From NCBI RefSeq assembly GCF_009914755.1, contig NC_060925.1: DNA of 64,000 nt. One strand, written 5' to 3'. The position numbers and the translations under genes are program-made. Position 1 is the stretch's first letter, and every line of letters starts with the position of its first letter. This DNA comes from the human T2T-CHM13v2.0 reference genome, Homo sapiens. Shown one piece after another: positions 1 to 20,953 of this stretch. The notes under the pieces were generated by a model that saw nothing but the letters and a program-made list of their open reading frames with translations, had not been told where the DNA came from and searched no databases.

Positions 1-129
1 AAAAGCCATCATCATACCCAAGGTTATTTAGGTTTTCTCCTATATTATTTTCTAGGAGTTTTATAGTTATTCTATTTTGAGTCAGTTTTTGTGATAGATA
101 ATAAGGTCTGTGTCTAGATTCATTTCAAC

Positions 130-420
130 CTTCCCCTTTTCAGTTGATGACAAGTCCATTCTTCAAGTTGCTCAGGTGAAAAACCTTGGAGTTGTTTTTG
201 ATTCTTCTCTTTCTTTCACACTCTATAGCCAATTGGTCAGAAATCTAATTGGCTCTATCTTCAGTATATATCCTGAATCTAATTACTTCTCACCATTGCC
301 ACTGCTACCACCCTTGTCGAAGCCACCATCATCTCACTCCTGGATTATTGGTGATAGCCCCCTGATAGGCCCTCCTGCTACCACCCTTGTCCCCCTACAT
401 ATTCTCAACTCACCAGATAT
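130..420 (+). mobile_element. L2 LINE fragment
   Basis: Resembles L2 3' region (gttgctcaggtgaaaaaccttggagttgtttttgattcttctct...ctctcactcctggattatt). Confidence 0.65.
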
Positions 421-1708
421 TAAACAGCAACGATTTAAAAATGGAAGTAAAGACGTTTGAAAATTCTCTCCTCCATAAAAGCAAGAATAAAATAGGCAAA
501 AATATGTCAGAATCAACTCTTCAGAACTTTGGAAATTAACCAAAGGCTTGCAGCAATATGGGGAGTGTTTATTCAAGAAAAATAGCTGAATCTTAATGAT
601 AAAAGCAAGCTCTATGGTATTTTAACTTGCACTATTTTCATTACCCTCTCTCTAATGCTGGGGTAGTCATGAAAACCAGCAGCCCACAATGATGGTAAAA
701 ACCAGCAGCCAGACAGCCACAAGAAGGGGAAGCTGGGGTTGGAGCTTCTTCAAAATGCCATTCTCAGAGAATTGTCATTATGTGATTTGTGCGGTGGTTC
801 ACTGGAAGACCCTCTTTGCAACACTCTCTTTATTTGTCTTGACTTGGAGCTCACCCAATGTTTAAAGCCTTCTTCCCAGAGGTGTTCGGCAGAAACATTT
901 AGAAGAAATTATTTAACTTTGTGGTTGCCTGAAATAGTGGGTAACTGTTGGTGTGAACAATAGGCTATTTGAAATGCTTGAAAGGAAAAAAAAATACAGG
1001 AAATGAGGTATTCACAGGGGCTATGAAAAACTCTGACATATACCTGAGAACCTAGAAAACCACATGCATGCACGCAGCTGTGAGTATGCCAAGGGCTATG
1101 CATGTACTCAGGAAAAACGTAGGAAGACCCTATGCTCTTAACTCTGTTTGGCCTTGAGGATCTGCACAAGTAGGAAGTGAAGACTAAGGCAGAGTTTTCA
1201 GCTATCTGGCTGAATGTTGAAAGAATGCCCCAGCACACACACACAGAGCCCCTTGACAAAGATTGGAGAACTTATAAGTTCTTGGTGATTAAGAAAATCT
1301 CTGTCCAATGACTGACAGATCGCTAAGCTTACCAAGGAAAGGCTTTAGTGACTATACACAACAAAGAATAAGGCTTTACAGAATTAGTTCAGAAAAGTCA
1401 TGAAATAGGCAACAACTGCAATAACAACAGACAGCACCACCAACAAACCCTCAGGAGGGAGGAGAAATCTCATGCCCAGCATTGCCACATTATATTGCTT
1501 AAAATGTCCAGTTTTAAACATAAATTTATGAGACATACAAAGAGACAATACAGTACGGCCCATACACAGGAAAAAGGCAATCACTAGAATTCTTCCCTGA
1601 GGAAAACCCCAGATGCTGAACTTAATAGACAAAGATTTTAAATCAACTATTTAAAATATGTTCAAAGAACTAAAGGAAAACAAGTCTAAAGAAATAAAGG
1701 AAAGTATG

Positions 1709-2121
<413 letters not shown>

Positions 2122-2688
2122 TTAAAAATCAATGAGGGATGCTCAACAGCAGATTTGAGCAGGTGGAAGAAAGAATTAGTGACCCTGATGATAGTTCAAT
2201 TGAGATTATCCATTTGGAGGAACAGAAAGAAAAAAATGAAGAAAAATGAACAGAGCATCAGAGAGCTAAGAGACACTATCACATGTACCAATATATGAAT
2301 AACGAGGGTCCAAGTAGGAGAAAAAAAGAGCAGATAAAATATTTGAAGAAAAATGACTGAAAACTTCCCAAATTTGATGAAAAACTAGAATCTACATATC
2401 TAAGAAGTTCAATCAACTCCAAGAAGGAGAAACTCAAGGAGTTCCACATCTACACACATCGTAATCAAACTTTTAAAAGACAAGAAGAAAAATATTGAAA
2501 GCAGCAAGAGATAAGCTACTCATCATATACAATGGATCTTCAACAAATTTAACAGCTGATATCTCATCCAAAATCATGGAGGTTTGAAGGTAATGTACAG
2601 AACATTTAAAGTACAAGGAGAAAAAAGACTTGTCAACCAATAACTCTGTATCTAGCACAACTATCATTCAAAATTGAAGGTGAAATTA

Positions 2689-3320
<632 letters not shown>

Positions 3321-3801
3321 TAAGGCACTTTCAGATAAACAAACAAAAACTCAGAGAATTCATCACTTATAGACTTGCCTTATGAAGATACTAAAGGGAA
3401 TCCTTCAAGCTAAAATGAAAGTACACTAGACACTAAACACTAGACACTGTCTAGTAACCTAGATCTACATGAAGAAATAAAGAGCACTAGTAAAAATAGT
3501 AACATACGTAAATATAAAAAACAATATAATTGTATTTTGTGTTTGTAACCCTTTTTTCTCCTGAGCTAAAAGACAACCTCATAAAAATAATTATAAATAT
3601 GTGTTGATGGGCATAAAATGAATACAGATATAATTTATATGGCAATAACAGCAGAAAGGGGAGGGGATGAAATGGAGTTATATGGAGAAAAGTTTTTGTA
3701 TACTATTGAAATTAAGTTAGAATTCATCTTACCTACATAATGATAAATTGAAATGTTAAATGTAATCCTCAGGACAACCACTAAGAAAATAACTAAAAAT
3801 T

Positions 3802-4506
<705 letters not shown>

Positions 4507-5205
4507 TTAACACAAAAGAAGACAGTAGTAGAGTAGAGGAACAGAAAAGACATGATGTATAAAAAACAAATAGAAAATGGCAGATGTAAAGCCTATGTTA
4601 CTGGCAACTACAATAAATCTAAATTGATTACTCCAATTAAAAAGCAGAGATTGAAAGACTGGATAAAAATATGATTCAACTATATGCTATCTATAAGACA
4701 TACAATTTAGATTCAAGAGCACAAACAAGTTAAAAGTAAAAGGGTGGAAAAAACTATATACCATGAAATAGTAACTAAAGGAGAGTTGGAATGGCTACAC
4801 TAACATCTAACCAAATAGACTTTAAGACAGCAATCATTACTAGAGACAAAGGACACTTTATAATGAGAAAAGAGTCAATCCATTAAGAAGATCTATCAAT
4901 TATAAACATATGTGCTTTAACAACGGAGACCCCAAATATGTGAAGCAACAGCTGCCAGATTGAAGGGAGAAATAGACAATTCAAAAGTAATAGTTGAAGA
5001 CTTCAAAGCCCCACTTTAAACAATGGATAGAATAATTAGAGGATCAACAAGGAAACAGATGACTTGAATAACACTACAAAGCAAATTAGACCAAACAGAC
5101 ATCTGTAGAAGTCTCCACCCAACAATTGCAGAATATAAATTCTTCTCAAGGGCACGTAAGACACATTCCAGAATAGACCACACATTAGGCCATAAGACAA
5201 GTCAC

Positions 5206-6295
<1,090 letters not shown>

Positions 6296-7327
6296 TCACA
6301 ACACACTAAAACTAATGGTATGCAGCTGAAGCAGTTGATTAGAAGGACATTTACAGGTGTAAGTGTGTACATTAAACATGAAGAAAAATCTCAGGTCAAT
6401 GACCTAAACTTCCCCTTCAAGAAAACAAAAGAGGAAGAGGAAGAAAGAAAAGGAGGAGGAGAAACTAAATCCAAAGAAAGCAGAAGGAAGGAAATCATAA
6501 AGATTATAGTAGAAATAAGTAAAATTGAGGCAATAAAATAATAGAGAAAAATTAATGAAATTAAAAGATGCTTCTTTGTAAACATCAACATAATTGACAA
6601 ACCTTTGTCTAGACTGATCAAGAGAAAAAGAAAGAAGACCTAAATTACTAAAACAATGAATGAAAAAGAGAGCATGTCTACTGACCTTACAGAAATAAAA
6701 GTAATATGAGGGAATATTATGAACAATTGTATACCAACAAATTAGATAATCTAAATGAAATGGACAATCTCTTAGGAAGACACACATTACTAAACTGACT
6801 CAATAAGAAATAAAAAATCTGAATAGATCTATAACAAGTAAGGAGATTGAATTAATACCTTAAAATATTTCTTATAAAAAAAAATCCAGGAGCAGATGGC
6901 TTCACTGATGAATTCTATCAAATGTTTAAAGAAGAATTAACAATTCTTCACAAACTCTTCCAAAAAATAGAAGGGGAGGGAATAGTTCCCAACTCATATT
7001 TTGAGGCCAGTATTACCCTAATACCGAAACCAGACCAAGATATCACAAGAAAAACGAAACAAAATAGACCAATATTCCTGATGAATATAGATGCAAAATT
7101 CCTGAACAAAAAGCCAGCAAACCAAATCCAGCAATATATAAAAAGGATTATGCACCACAATCAGGTGGGGTGTATTCCAGGAATGCAAAGTTGGTTCAAC
7201 ATATCAAAATTCAATTAATGTGATACACTATTTTAATAGAAAAAGACAAAAAACTACATGATCATCTCAATAGCTACAGAGAAAGTAGCAAAATTCAACA
7301 CACTTTCAAGATAAAAAACACTCAAGA

Positions 7328-7470
7328 TGCTGGGCACAGTGGCATGTGCTTGTAGTACCAACTACTCAGGAGGCTGAGATGAGAGGATTGCTTGAGTCCA
7401 GGGGTTCAAGTTCAGCTTGGGCAACATATGGAGACGCTGCCTCGACAAAACAAAAACAAACACAAACAAA
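7328..7470 (+). mobile_element. Alu monomer (FLAM/FRAM-like)
   Basis: Single Alu arm with A-rich tail. Confidence 0.75.
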
Positions 7471-7578
7471 CAAAACATTCAGGAAACTAGGGAACTAGAA
7501 AGGAACTTCCTAAATCTGATAAAGAGCACCTACCAAAAAAAAAAAAAAAAAAAGCCAGAGCTAAGATCATAATAATGA

Positions 7579-8001
<423 letters not shown>

Positions 8002-9115
8002 ACATTATTGCAATTTCTATTAACATTATTGTGGAAGTTCTAGACAGAGCAGTTAGGAAAAAGAAAAAAAGGAAGAAAGTAAGGAAGAAAGAGAGGAAAG
8101 AGGAAGGAAAGGAAAGGAGAGGAAAGGCAAGGAAAGTCATGTAGATTGAAAAGGAAGATGTAAAACTCTTTCTATTTGCATATTACATGATCTTTTATAT
8201 AAAATATCCTAAGGAATACATTCCCAGACACTCCCACGTATATATTATTATAGCTAATAAATAGGTTCAGCAAGACTGAGGATACAAGATCAATATACGA
8301 AATCAATTCTATTTTTATACATTAGAAATTAACAACTCCAAAATGAAATTTAAAAAATTCCATTTGTAATAGCATCACAAAAATGAAATATGAATACATT
8401 TAGCAGAAGAAGTGCAAAATATATACTCTAAAAACTACAAAACATTGTTGAAGGAAATTAAAGAAAACCTAAATGAATGGAAAGATATCCTATGTTTATG
8501 GATTGTAAGATTTAATATTGTTAAAATATCCACACACCCCAAATTAATCTACCAATTTAATGCAATTCCTATGGAAAACCTAACTGGCTTTATTTTTGCA
8601 GAAATTGACAAGTTAATCTTAAAATTTATATGGAAATTCAAGGGATCCAGAATAGGAAAAAACAATTTCGAAAAAGAAGAATAAAATAGGAGAACTCACA
8701 CTTCCCAATTTCAAAACTTACCACAAGGAGCTGTAGTAGTCAAGACCATGAGGCACTGGTATAAGAATAGATGTATAGATTAACTGAATAGAGTTGGAAG
8801 CCCAGAAATAAACTCATACATTTGTCAATTGATTTTCAACAGTGATGCTAACACAATTTAATGAGGGAAAGAATAGTCTTTTCAACAAATGGTGCTGGAA
8901 TAGCTGGATATCCACATTTAGAAGAAAGAAGTTGGACATAATTTAACAAAATTAGCTCAAAATGGACCAAAGACCTAAATGTAAGAGCTAAAAGTGTAAC
9001 ATTCTTAGAAGAAAACATAGGTGCAAATCTTTATGACCTTGGAATAATCAGTGGCTACTTAGATGTCACACACAAAGCACAAGCAACTGAAAAAAAAATG
9101 ACTTCATCAAGATTA

Positions 9116-9430
<315 letters not shown>

Positions 9431-10610
9431 TTTATGCTCCAAAGGCACGATCACAAAAGTGAAAAAAAAAACCCACAGAATGAAAGAAAATATTTGCAAA
9501 TTCTATAACTGAAAGAGTCTAGTATCCAGAATATATAATAAACTCTTACAATTTAACAGTAAAATACAAATAGCTCAATTTAAAAATGGGCAAAGAATTT
9601 GAACAGACATTTCTCCCAAGAAGATATGTAAAGGACCAATAAGCAGGTGAAAAGATGCAAACCCAAACCACAATGAGATATCATTTCCCACCCACCAGAA
9701 TAACTATCATCAGAAAGACAGACAATAACAGGTGTTGGGGGAAATGTGGAGAAATTGGAACCCTCATATCATGCATTATTGGTGAGAAAGCAAAATTATT
9801 CAGCCACATGATTTGGAAAACATTTTGTCATCTCCTCAAAAAGCTAAAAATGGAATTCTCATATGACTCAGCAATTCCATTCCTAGGTATATACTCAAGA
9901 GAATTGAAAACATGTTCATATAAAAACTCATACATGAATGCTCATAGTATCATTATTCATAATAGCTGGAAAGTGGGAACAACCCAAATGTCTATCAACT
10001 GATGAATGGATAAACAAAATGTCATCTATCAATACAATGGAATATTATTCAGCTATAAAATGAATGAAGTATGGACACGGGCTACAACATGGATAAACCT
10101 TGAAAACATTATACTAACTAGCAGAAGGCAGACACAAAAGACCCACATATATGATCCCATTTATAGTGTCCAGAACAGGCAAATACATAGAGTCAGGAAG
10201 TAGATCAGTGGTTCCTGGGGGATTAGCGAATTAGGCTGGAGAGATGTGGGGAGTTATTGCTAATGGGTTTGGGGTTTCTTTTTGGGGTGATGGAAATATT
10301 CTGGAATTAGATAGTGATGATGGTTGTACAATCTTGCAAATATACTAAAAAACACCATACGGTATACTTTAAACAGGCGACTTTTATGGTATGTGAATTA
10401 TGTCTTAATTTTAAAATGGGCCTAATTCTTCACTACTGGAGAAGGAAGAGACAAGTATGGAAAGGGAGAAATCGCTAAGAAACTGGTTCTGAATTGAAAT
10501 TGGAGATTTGTGCGTGAACTTGTGGCTTTCAATAGACATAGATGGATACATATGGAAATAAAGATAGATTTAAATGTGTGCATGCAAATGTGTGTGTACA
10601 TTCCTTATCA

Positions 10611-11109
<499 letters not shown>

Positions 11110-11281
11110 CTAGAAAGTAAGGAAGTACTCAAAGAATTCCGTCCCACTGTTCAAATCAGAGACAATTTGGTATCAAAATAAGTAATGATAATAATGGATT
11201 CAAACTAATGGAATAAAGTAGAAAACCATGAGTCTATACACATGTAAGTCAATAAAATAATACATTGAAAATGTCAGGAGG

Positions 11282-12150
<869 letters not shown>

Positions 12151-12512
12151 CTATAAATTAACTGACATGCCATCTTCAAAAATGTCATGTCCATGCAAGT
12201 CAAGGACAAACTGAGGAACTGCTCCAGGTTTAAGGGGAGTCTAGAGAGACTTTACCGCGAAACACAACGTGAGATGCTGAACTGGATTTTTTTTTACTAT
12301 CAAGGACATTGTTGGGACAGTTGGTGAAACTTGCATGAGGCCTCTGGATTAGATGTTTTTCATGTTAATTTCCTGATTTTTCAGGGTTCCTTGTGGTTGT
12401 AAGGAATTGTGGAATATCTGTGTTTGTAGGAACTACATACTCTAGTATTTGGGAGATGTATCAGGCTGGTAACTTATTCTCAAATGGTTCAGGGAAGAAA
12501 GTTATGTGTGTT

Positions 12513-12693
12513 AGTAGTGCACTGAAGTCGGTTATGCTCAACGTCTTTCCAACTCTGCGTGCAGTAACCTCATGTTGGCAGCATGAAATTGCCTGTAGTG
12601 GGAGTATTTACACCATGGAAATTGGCAAATGTTACAACTCCAGTCTTTTTTTCCCTCTGGACAGCCAATTGTTAAACATTCACCAGCACACTG
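12513..12693 (-). mobile_element. MER63-like hAT MITE
   Basis: gggagtatttacaccatggaaattggcaaatg...ttgttaaacattcaccagcacactg matches recalled MER63 end. Confidence 0.65.
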
Positions 12694-12752
12694 TTCTTTG
12701 TACCATCTTTCCAGATTTTTAATAAATTTGTGATTGTTTCAAAAAATTATTA

Positions 12753-14012
<1,260 letters not shown>

Positions 14013-14430
14013 AATGCACTGAAGAGAAGCCTAACTTATCCTTTATCACATGTACCCACTTCTCCAACGGCCCAGTCTCAGTCCCCTCTACATGAGCAGT
14101 CTTCCTTATCAGTCCAGTGTTCTCCTCCAGGCCTTTTTCTACGCATTTTTGTTTTGCTCTGAACCACACTGATGGCAAGTTCATGGCCAGCTTTGATGAT
14201 CTGGAGCATTAGCATTTTCCCTGGGAATGAGCTCCACCACCTTCTCCCTTTCTTCTATTCTCAGATTGTTGACCTTGATTTTTCTTCCCTCTTTCATAAA
14301 AAACACACAAAGGCATTTCACTGGCAATCGAACCACCCTCTTCTGCACAGAGGCCTCGGGAGATTTATTTCCATCCCAGAGTAAAGTCCTAGGCTGTAGT
14401 CGTGGCTCCAGCCTCGGCCCCGTGTTACAG

Positions 14431-14431
14431 A

Positions 14432-14462
<31 letters not shown>

Positions 14463-14475
14463 CAAAACAAAAAAC
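14431..14475 (+). repeat. (AAAAC)n microsatellite
   Basis: About 7 tandem aaaac units, with no adjacent Alu body. Confidence 0.95.
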
Positions 14476-14881
14476 ACAGTTGTTCAGTTTTTCCTCGACA
14501 GTGACCTCCTACTCTAAAATAAACAACCATGACTGAAAGGGGAGGAAAGAAAGACACAATGTTTTCCAAATGTGATACAGAATTCAAGGGTGAGAGGATG
14601 AGAGGGTGAGGGAGTGAGGGGTGGAGCTTGGAATATTTTCCTTTCTTTGTTAATCGTCTGTGGGGACTGTCTTTACTCTATAAAGTCAGCATTACCCATT
14701 CATCTCCAAGACATTTGTTTCCTGAAACAGCTGAGTCAGCAACGGAGAGACCTTCCTCCAGCGAGTGCTGAGACCTAGGTCAGAGCTCATGGTTGGTAGT
14801 ATCGGCTTTCTGCCAAAAAACATGATTTGCTTGAAAAACGAATGGATCTCTTATTTGTAGTAAGAACACAGAACTAAAATA

Positions 14882-15177
14882 GGCTGGGTGCTGTGGCTCA
14901 TGCCTGTAATCCTAGCAGTTTGGGAGGCCGAGACAGGCGAATCGCCTGGGGTCAGGAGACCAAGACCAGCCTGGCCAACATGGTGAAACTCTGTCTCTAC
15001 TAAAAATACAAAAATCAGCCGGGCGTGGTAGCACATGCCCATAGTCCCAGCTACATGAGAGGCTGAGGCAGGAGAATCACTTGAACCCAGGAGGAGGTGG
15101 TTGCTGTGAGCTGAGATTGCGTCACTGCACCCCAGCCTGGGTGAAAGAGCAAGACTCCATCTCCAAAAAAAAAAAAT
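14882..15177 (+). mobile_element. AluS
   Basis: Full dimer with poly-A. Confidence 0.92.
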
Positions 15178-18164
15178 CAAGTAGAACTCAATCTAAACTA
15201 ACCTTAAATTATACTTTGTTTAAGGAGTGTGAAGAACCTACTACTTATTGAATGCTCTACAATGAGCATACTACTTGTATATTTTACTGAGATATTAAAT
15301 TGTATTTTTATTCTCGTAATGGCGGTCTCCCCTCCTTCATCCTAAGCAGGTAGCCAGAAGCAGGAGTTTCTAGGACCCCTCAAATCAGAGCCCTCCCCTA
15401 CCCATGCCTAGGAGCTGGGTTCCCCTCGGTGGCCAGAGTGGGATTGTATGAGAGGGAGCAGGGCTTCAAGGGTTGGAAAAGATGGAACAAGCTGATAAAA
15501 TCCCTTAGTAGAGAAGGGGGAGAGGAGAAATTTGGGAAAGCTCTCCAGAAAATAGGAAACGTAGAACAGAGAGAAAAGTGGAGCTAGCAGGACCTCTGAT
15601 GGGGATGATTGTGGGCTGAGCTGAGGGAATTCTGATCCCAGGCACAGAGATCTCTGGCCTGGGCAAAGACTTCCTGTGCTCCAGTTTGGCTCCAAGGCAG
15701 CATAAATACCACCTTCAAGGTAGGCTGGGACAATGGTCCAGTGCGGGCTGCTGATGGGAGGGTCTCAGCACAGGCTTCGGAGGACTTTTGCACAACCCTA
15801 GAGAAAGTAGTGCCTCCCAAAATGTGACTGAGTGGGGATTTTCCAACAACCAGGGAGGTGGGGCTCATTAGCTGTTACAGAGAATGAGCATTTTCTTATA
15901 CCTGATGGTGAAGAAATTCAATACACACCCATTATATAAACACCAACTTTGATCCACATAATACTTTTTATGCAACTTTTACTTTCAAATTTTATTTGTA
16001 TGGGTGTATTCCATTTAATACTTTACAAGAGTCCAATAAAGCCCTTTCACATATAAAACCTCATTTTATCCTCACATCATGCTTTGACAGTGAATACGGT
16101 TCATATTGTCTGATTTGCTGAAGCTCAGAGAGAAAGCTGAGCCATGAATGGGTCTTTCGTGCCTCTTTCCTGTGTCGTGGGAGCCCTTGGTTGGGCCCCA
16201 CGTTATCCCATTCAACCCCAAGGTTGGCTACCAGCACTTCTGGCCTTAACCTTTGCCAAAATTTTGACTCTGTAACTCCCATTCCTTTGATCTGCCTTGC
16301 CCTGTGCATACGAGGGAAACCTGTGTCTGTTCTCCATGAATACTCCATGCTTGGGTATGATCCTGGTCAATTATAATCTTCTCAATATGAGGACACTCCT
16401 TTCTTTGTTTCAACTTGTTCAGATTAAAAAACATAGAATGAGCATCTCCCATGTGTCAGGTATGTGCAAGGCATTCTCATACAGTCCCTCATTACTCTTA
16501 TGTAAGAGGTATAACTGTGCCTGGTTTTTAGATGTGGAACCTAAGGTTCAGGAAGGTTAAGGAATGCGCCCAACATCACCCAGCTAGGAAGCGGGAGTAC
16601 AGGGATTCACACCTTCCTTCTCTGAGTCCAAGTCTCTGCTCTGTGCCTAACTCCACTGGGTTGCCTTACACAGTTTCCAGGTTCTCCATTCATTCCAAGT
16701 AGAAAATAAGGTCAATGTTAAAAGAAAAGCTATGCCTCATTTCTCTGAATCCCAAGTTGCATGTTGCTATCTGCCGTGACTTAAAGTCACTCCAGGAGTA
16801 AGAACTCAGTTTTGACTGTTATCTTAGATACGTTATTAAAACAGCAGCCCTAGGGTTACCAGAAAGGGGTCCGGATCCAGACCCCAAGAGAGGGTTCTTG
16901 GATCTTGCGCAAGAAAGAATTCAGGGCGAGTCCGCAGTGGAAAACGAAAGCAAGATTATTAATAAAGTAAAGGAATAAAAGAATGGCTACTCCATAGACA
17001 GAGCAGCCCCGAGGGCTGCTGGTTGCCCATTTTTATGGGTTTTTTTTGATGATATACTAAACAAGGGGTGGATTATTCATGCCTCCTCTTTTTAGACTAC
17101 ATAGGGTAACTTCCTGACGTTACCTGGAGTGCCACTGCACTCCAGCCTGGGTGACTGAGTGAGACCCTGTCTTAAATAAATAAAATAAAATAAAAGTTAA
17201 AGAAATAGTTTGACCTTAAAGCATTTAGCAAATCTGATGTTTGACCTTAATTTAGACTAAATGTTTATATTTTAAAGACATTTTATTTTACCAGTAATTT
17301 TTAAAACTGTCTTTATTTTTAAGATTACTAAAGTCATGTGAACAAAAAGGCATTAAAGTTTCTATTTTTGACAAAATATTTAAGTGCTTATTTTTTTAAC
17401 CCAATTAATTAGAGCTTTTTATATATAAACATACAACACATATAAATACACAGACAGACAGAAGATTCAGCACTTGTAAGATTTTTCATTTGCCAGTTTC
17501 TTAATTGGATGACTGGCTTCAGGGTGGAGCCCTTGGAAGAACAAGGCTGGGAAAGCTTGGTTTCTAGGGCCAAATAAGCAGCTGAAGGCAAAGACAGAGT
17601 CTTAAAATTAAGGATGCCATTTTACACTGGATCCTGGATCCCCAGAAGGAGGGAAATACTGTGGGAGAAGACAGTGCAGTCCTTCTTCTTTGCATTGCAC
17701 TGCAAGGTAACCCAAAGCCAATTAGCCCATTTTGTAATCAGCCCATCCCTCGTGGGAGTTTTATCTCCCATTGGAGTTGGGAATGTTTCCTTATCTTCCA
17801 GGTGGCTAAGAGCATGCTTCTCTGATTTAAGTGTGCAGAGTCAAGTCTCCCTCCGTAACTACTATTAACCATCCCTTAAAGTATATTTCCTATCTGGTTA
17901 TTATATACCAAAGCTCTTTTATAATGCAAAGTAAATTTTGATTCCCTCAGAACTCAAAACTGTCAGATAACACAATGCAAAACGGAACAGAGCCTTTGAT
18001 TTTGAGAGGGATCTATCTGCTTTTAATTCCTGGGGTTTCATGAGGAAAACAGAGGCTTTTTTTCCAAAACGGGGTCTGTGGTGCCTCCTCTGTGTTTCCC
18101 AAGGAGTCCCAGCTACCAGAAGTTATTTTAAGGCCTTTCATGTGTGCATTAAGAGTGGCAAGAA

Positions 18165-18460
<296 letters not shown>

Positions 18461-20607
18461 AAAGTGGCAAGAAAAAAAATGGAGAAAAACGATTTAGTTG
18501 ATTGAGAAGAAAAAACTTTTTTTCAGTAAAACAAGTTCCAAGAAGAGAAAAACAGAGGGCTTTTAAGTATATTTATAGCTTTTTAATTCACTTTTAATTA
18601 AGCCGACTTTAAACCATAGTGCTCTTTAAAAAATAAATCCTTTTAGATTTCTTCTTATCTGACTTTAGCCATGCCAAGCAGCCAATATTTTTAGCTTTTG
18701 AACTTTACCAAAGGTAACCTCCTAGGTGCTTAGAGAAAGGAAAATTTAAGACAGTCCATGGAGAAGAGAATAGACAAGGTCACACAGATATTAAACCAGA
18801 AACAACTTACTTTCTAGGTGGGGAACTGAACCTGGACCGCCACTCTGAAAGCGCAAAACCTTGGGAACTGAGCTACCAGATGGGACAGTTCCCATCTTAT
18901 TTCCCAGAAGAGGTCTAGAGTACTTAATTTTGAGCTTGCAAAGGCTTTTAACTATTTAATATGATTTTTAGAGCTAAATATGATATGAACCCTAGAATTA
19001 TTGTTCCCTGAAGCAGAGACCAAAAGAAAGTACTGCCACGTGGTTAAAAGGTCAAGCTCCCAAGGGCATAAAACAATGTGGAGACTTCATCCAGTTTCTT
19101 GTTTGTTTCAGGGACCTGCAGCCACGTTTGTTACTGACCAACTTGCTGGGTTGTCTTGAAAAGTGGGCTTACAGGTGTTCTAAGCCCATGTTTTATCTTG
19201 AAGTACCCCTTGACACTGAAAAACGAATTCATAGCACAAAATACACCAGCTTAAGACTAGCCTTAGAATTCTTTTTCACATTAATTAAAACTTTACAGAG
19301 GAGATAAACACTGATTTATTTATTTTTTATTTTAATTTAATTTAATTTTATTTTCTTACCATTCATTCAACCATTTGCCCAGAAAGAAAGAAGCCAGAAA
19401 TTTGACTGGTAAGAAATTCTTACCCTTTTGCTGGCATTCCAGGGTTCTGGGTTCCCTTTCTTTGAGAGGCCCCAGTGATCCGGCTTGCCGCACCATCGTC
19501 CTGGGGGCCAAGGCACATTATAAAGGAAAATTTTTTTTTTCCTTCTGACCAGAGCAAAATATAGACATTAGCCACTTTGCTTAGCACCCAATATTAAACT
19601 AGCAAGTCTTTAATTTGCCCACAGAAGGAACTCATCATCTTTAATCCAACCTCCCACTTGGAGTTTCAACACGTGGTCTCTGGGCAAGACGGTTACCCTG
19701 AGTAACAGAAAAGATAAAAAAAAGAAAGAAAAAAAAAAAAAAAAAAGGAAAGGAGCGGGAGAAACGCATTGCCTGAGGCAGGGTGGGGAAGGTGAAATGA
19801 TCCGGGAGGCCAGAGAAAGACCCACCCATTGCAGCCACAGTTCAGGAAGCTGCGGCTGCTTCTCAGTAGCAAAGGGATCTTTCCAGCCATCCCATTCACT
19901 TTCAAGTTTTCCCTTTTAGGGAGGAAAAAGCTCCCATGTCCCACGATTCTGTACCTGCCTAATCCTGTCACCCACAGCCATTAGCAAAGAGTACAAGGCA
20001 GATGACTCCGAAGAGGATAACAGTTAACACCCTGTAGTGGCAAAACTGTTCTTAAAGGGACTTTACCAAGCGGGGGGTCTCTAACCCCCTAAATTTTAGA
20101 AGGGACTCTAACCCTCCTAAGTTGGGCCCCTAACCCAAGATTGGTCAAACATTCTTGCCTTTTATTAAGAGGGCCGTCTAACCCACTCTGTCTTAGGAGA
20201 GACTCTAACTCCCCTAAGTTGGGCCTTTAACCTAATCTCATTTTTTACCCGGCTGCTCCATTACTTACCCATAGTTGTCCAACCAGTGCTCCAGTCTATC
20301 TCCTTTGGGTTGGGGGCTCTCTTTAATATATGTTACAGGACCCCAACACTTGCCCAAAGGTAGCTGTTGGGTCGGGGTTTCTGCACTATAGTTGCGGTCG
20401 CCAGATACATGTTACAGGAAAGGGGTCCTGATTCAGACTGCAAGAGAGGGTTCTTGGATCTTGTGCAAGAAAGAATTCAGGGCGAGTTCGCAGTGCAAAG
20501 TGAAAGCAAGTTTATTTAGAAAGTAAAGGAATAAAAGAATCGCTGCTCCATAGACAGAGCAGCCCCAAGGGCCACTGTTTACCATTTTTACAGTTGTTTT
20601 TTGATAA

Positions 20608-20953
<346 letters not shown>

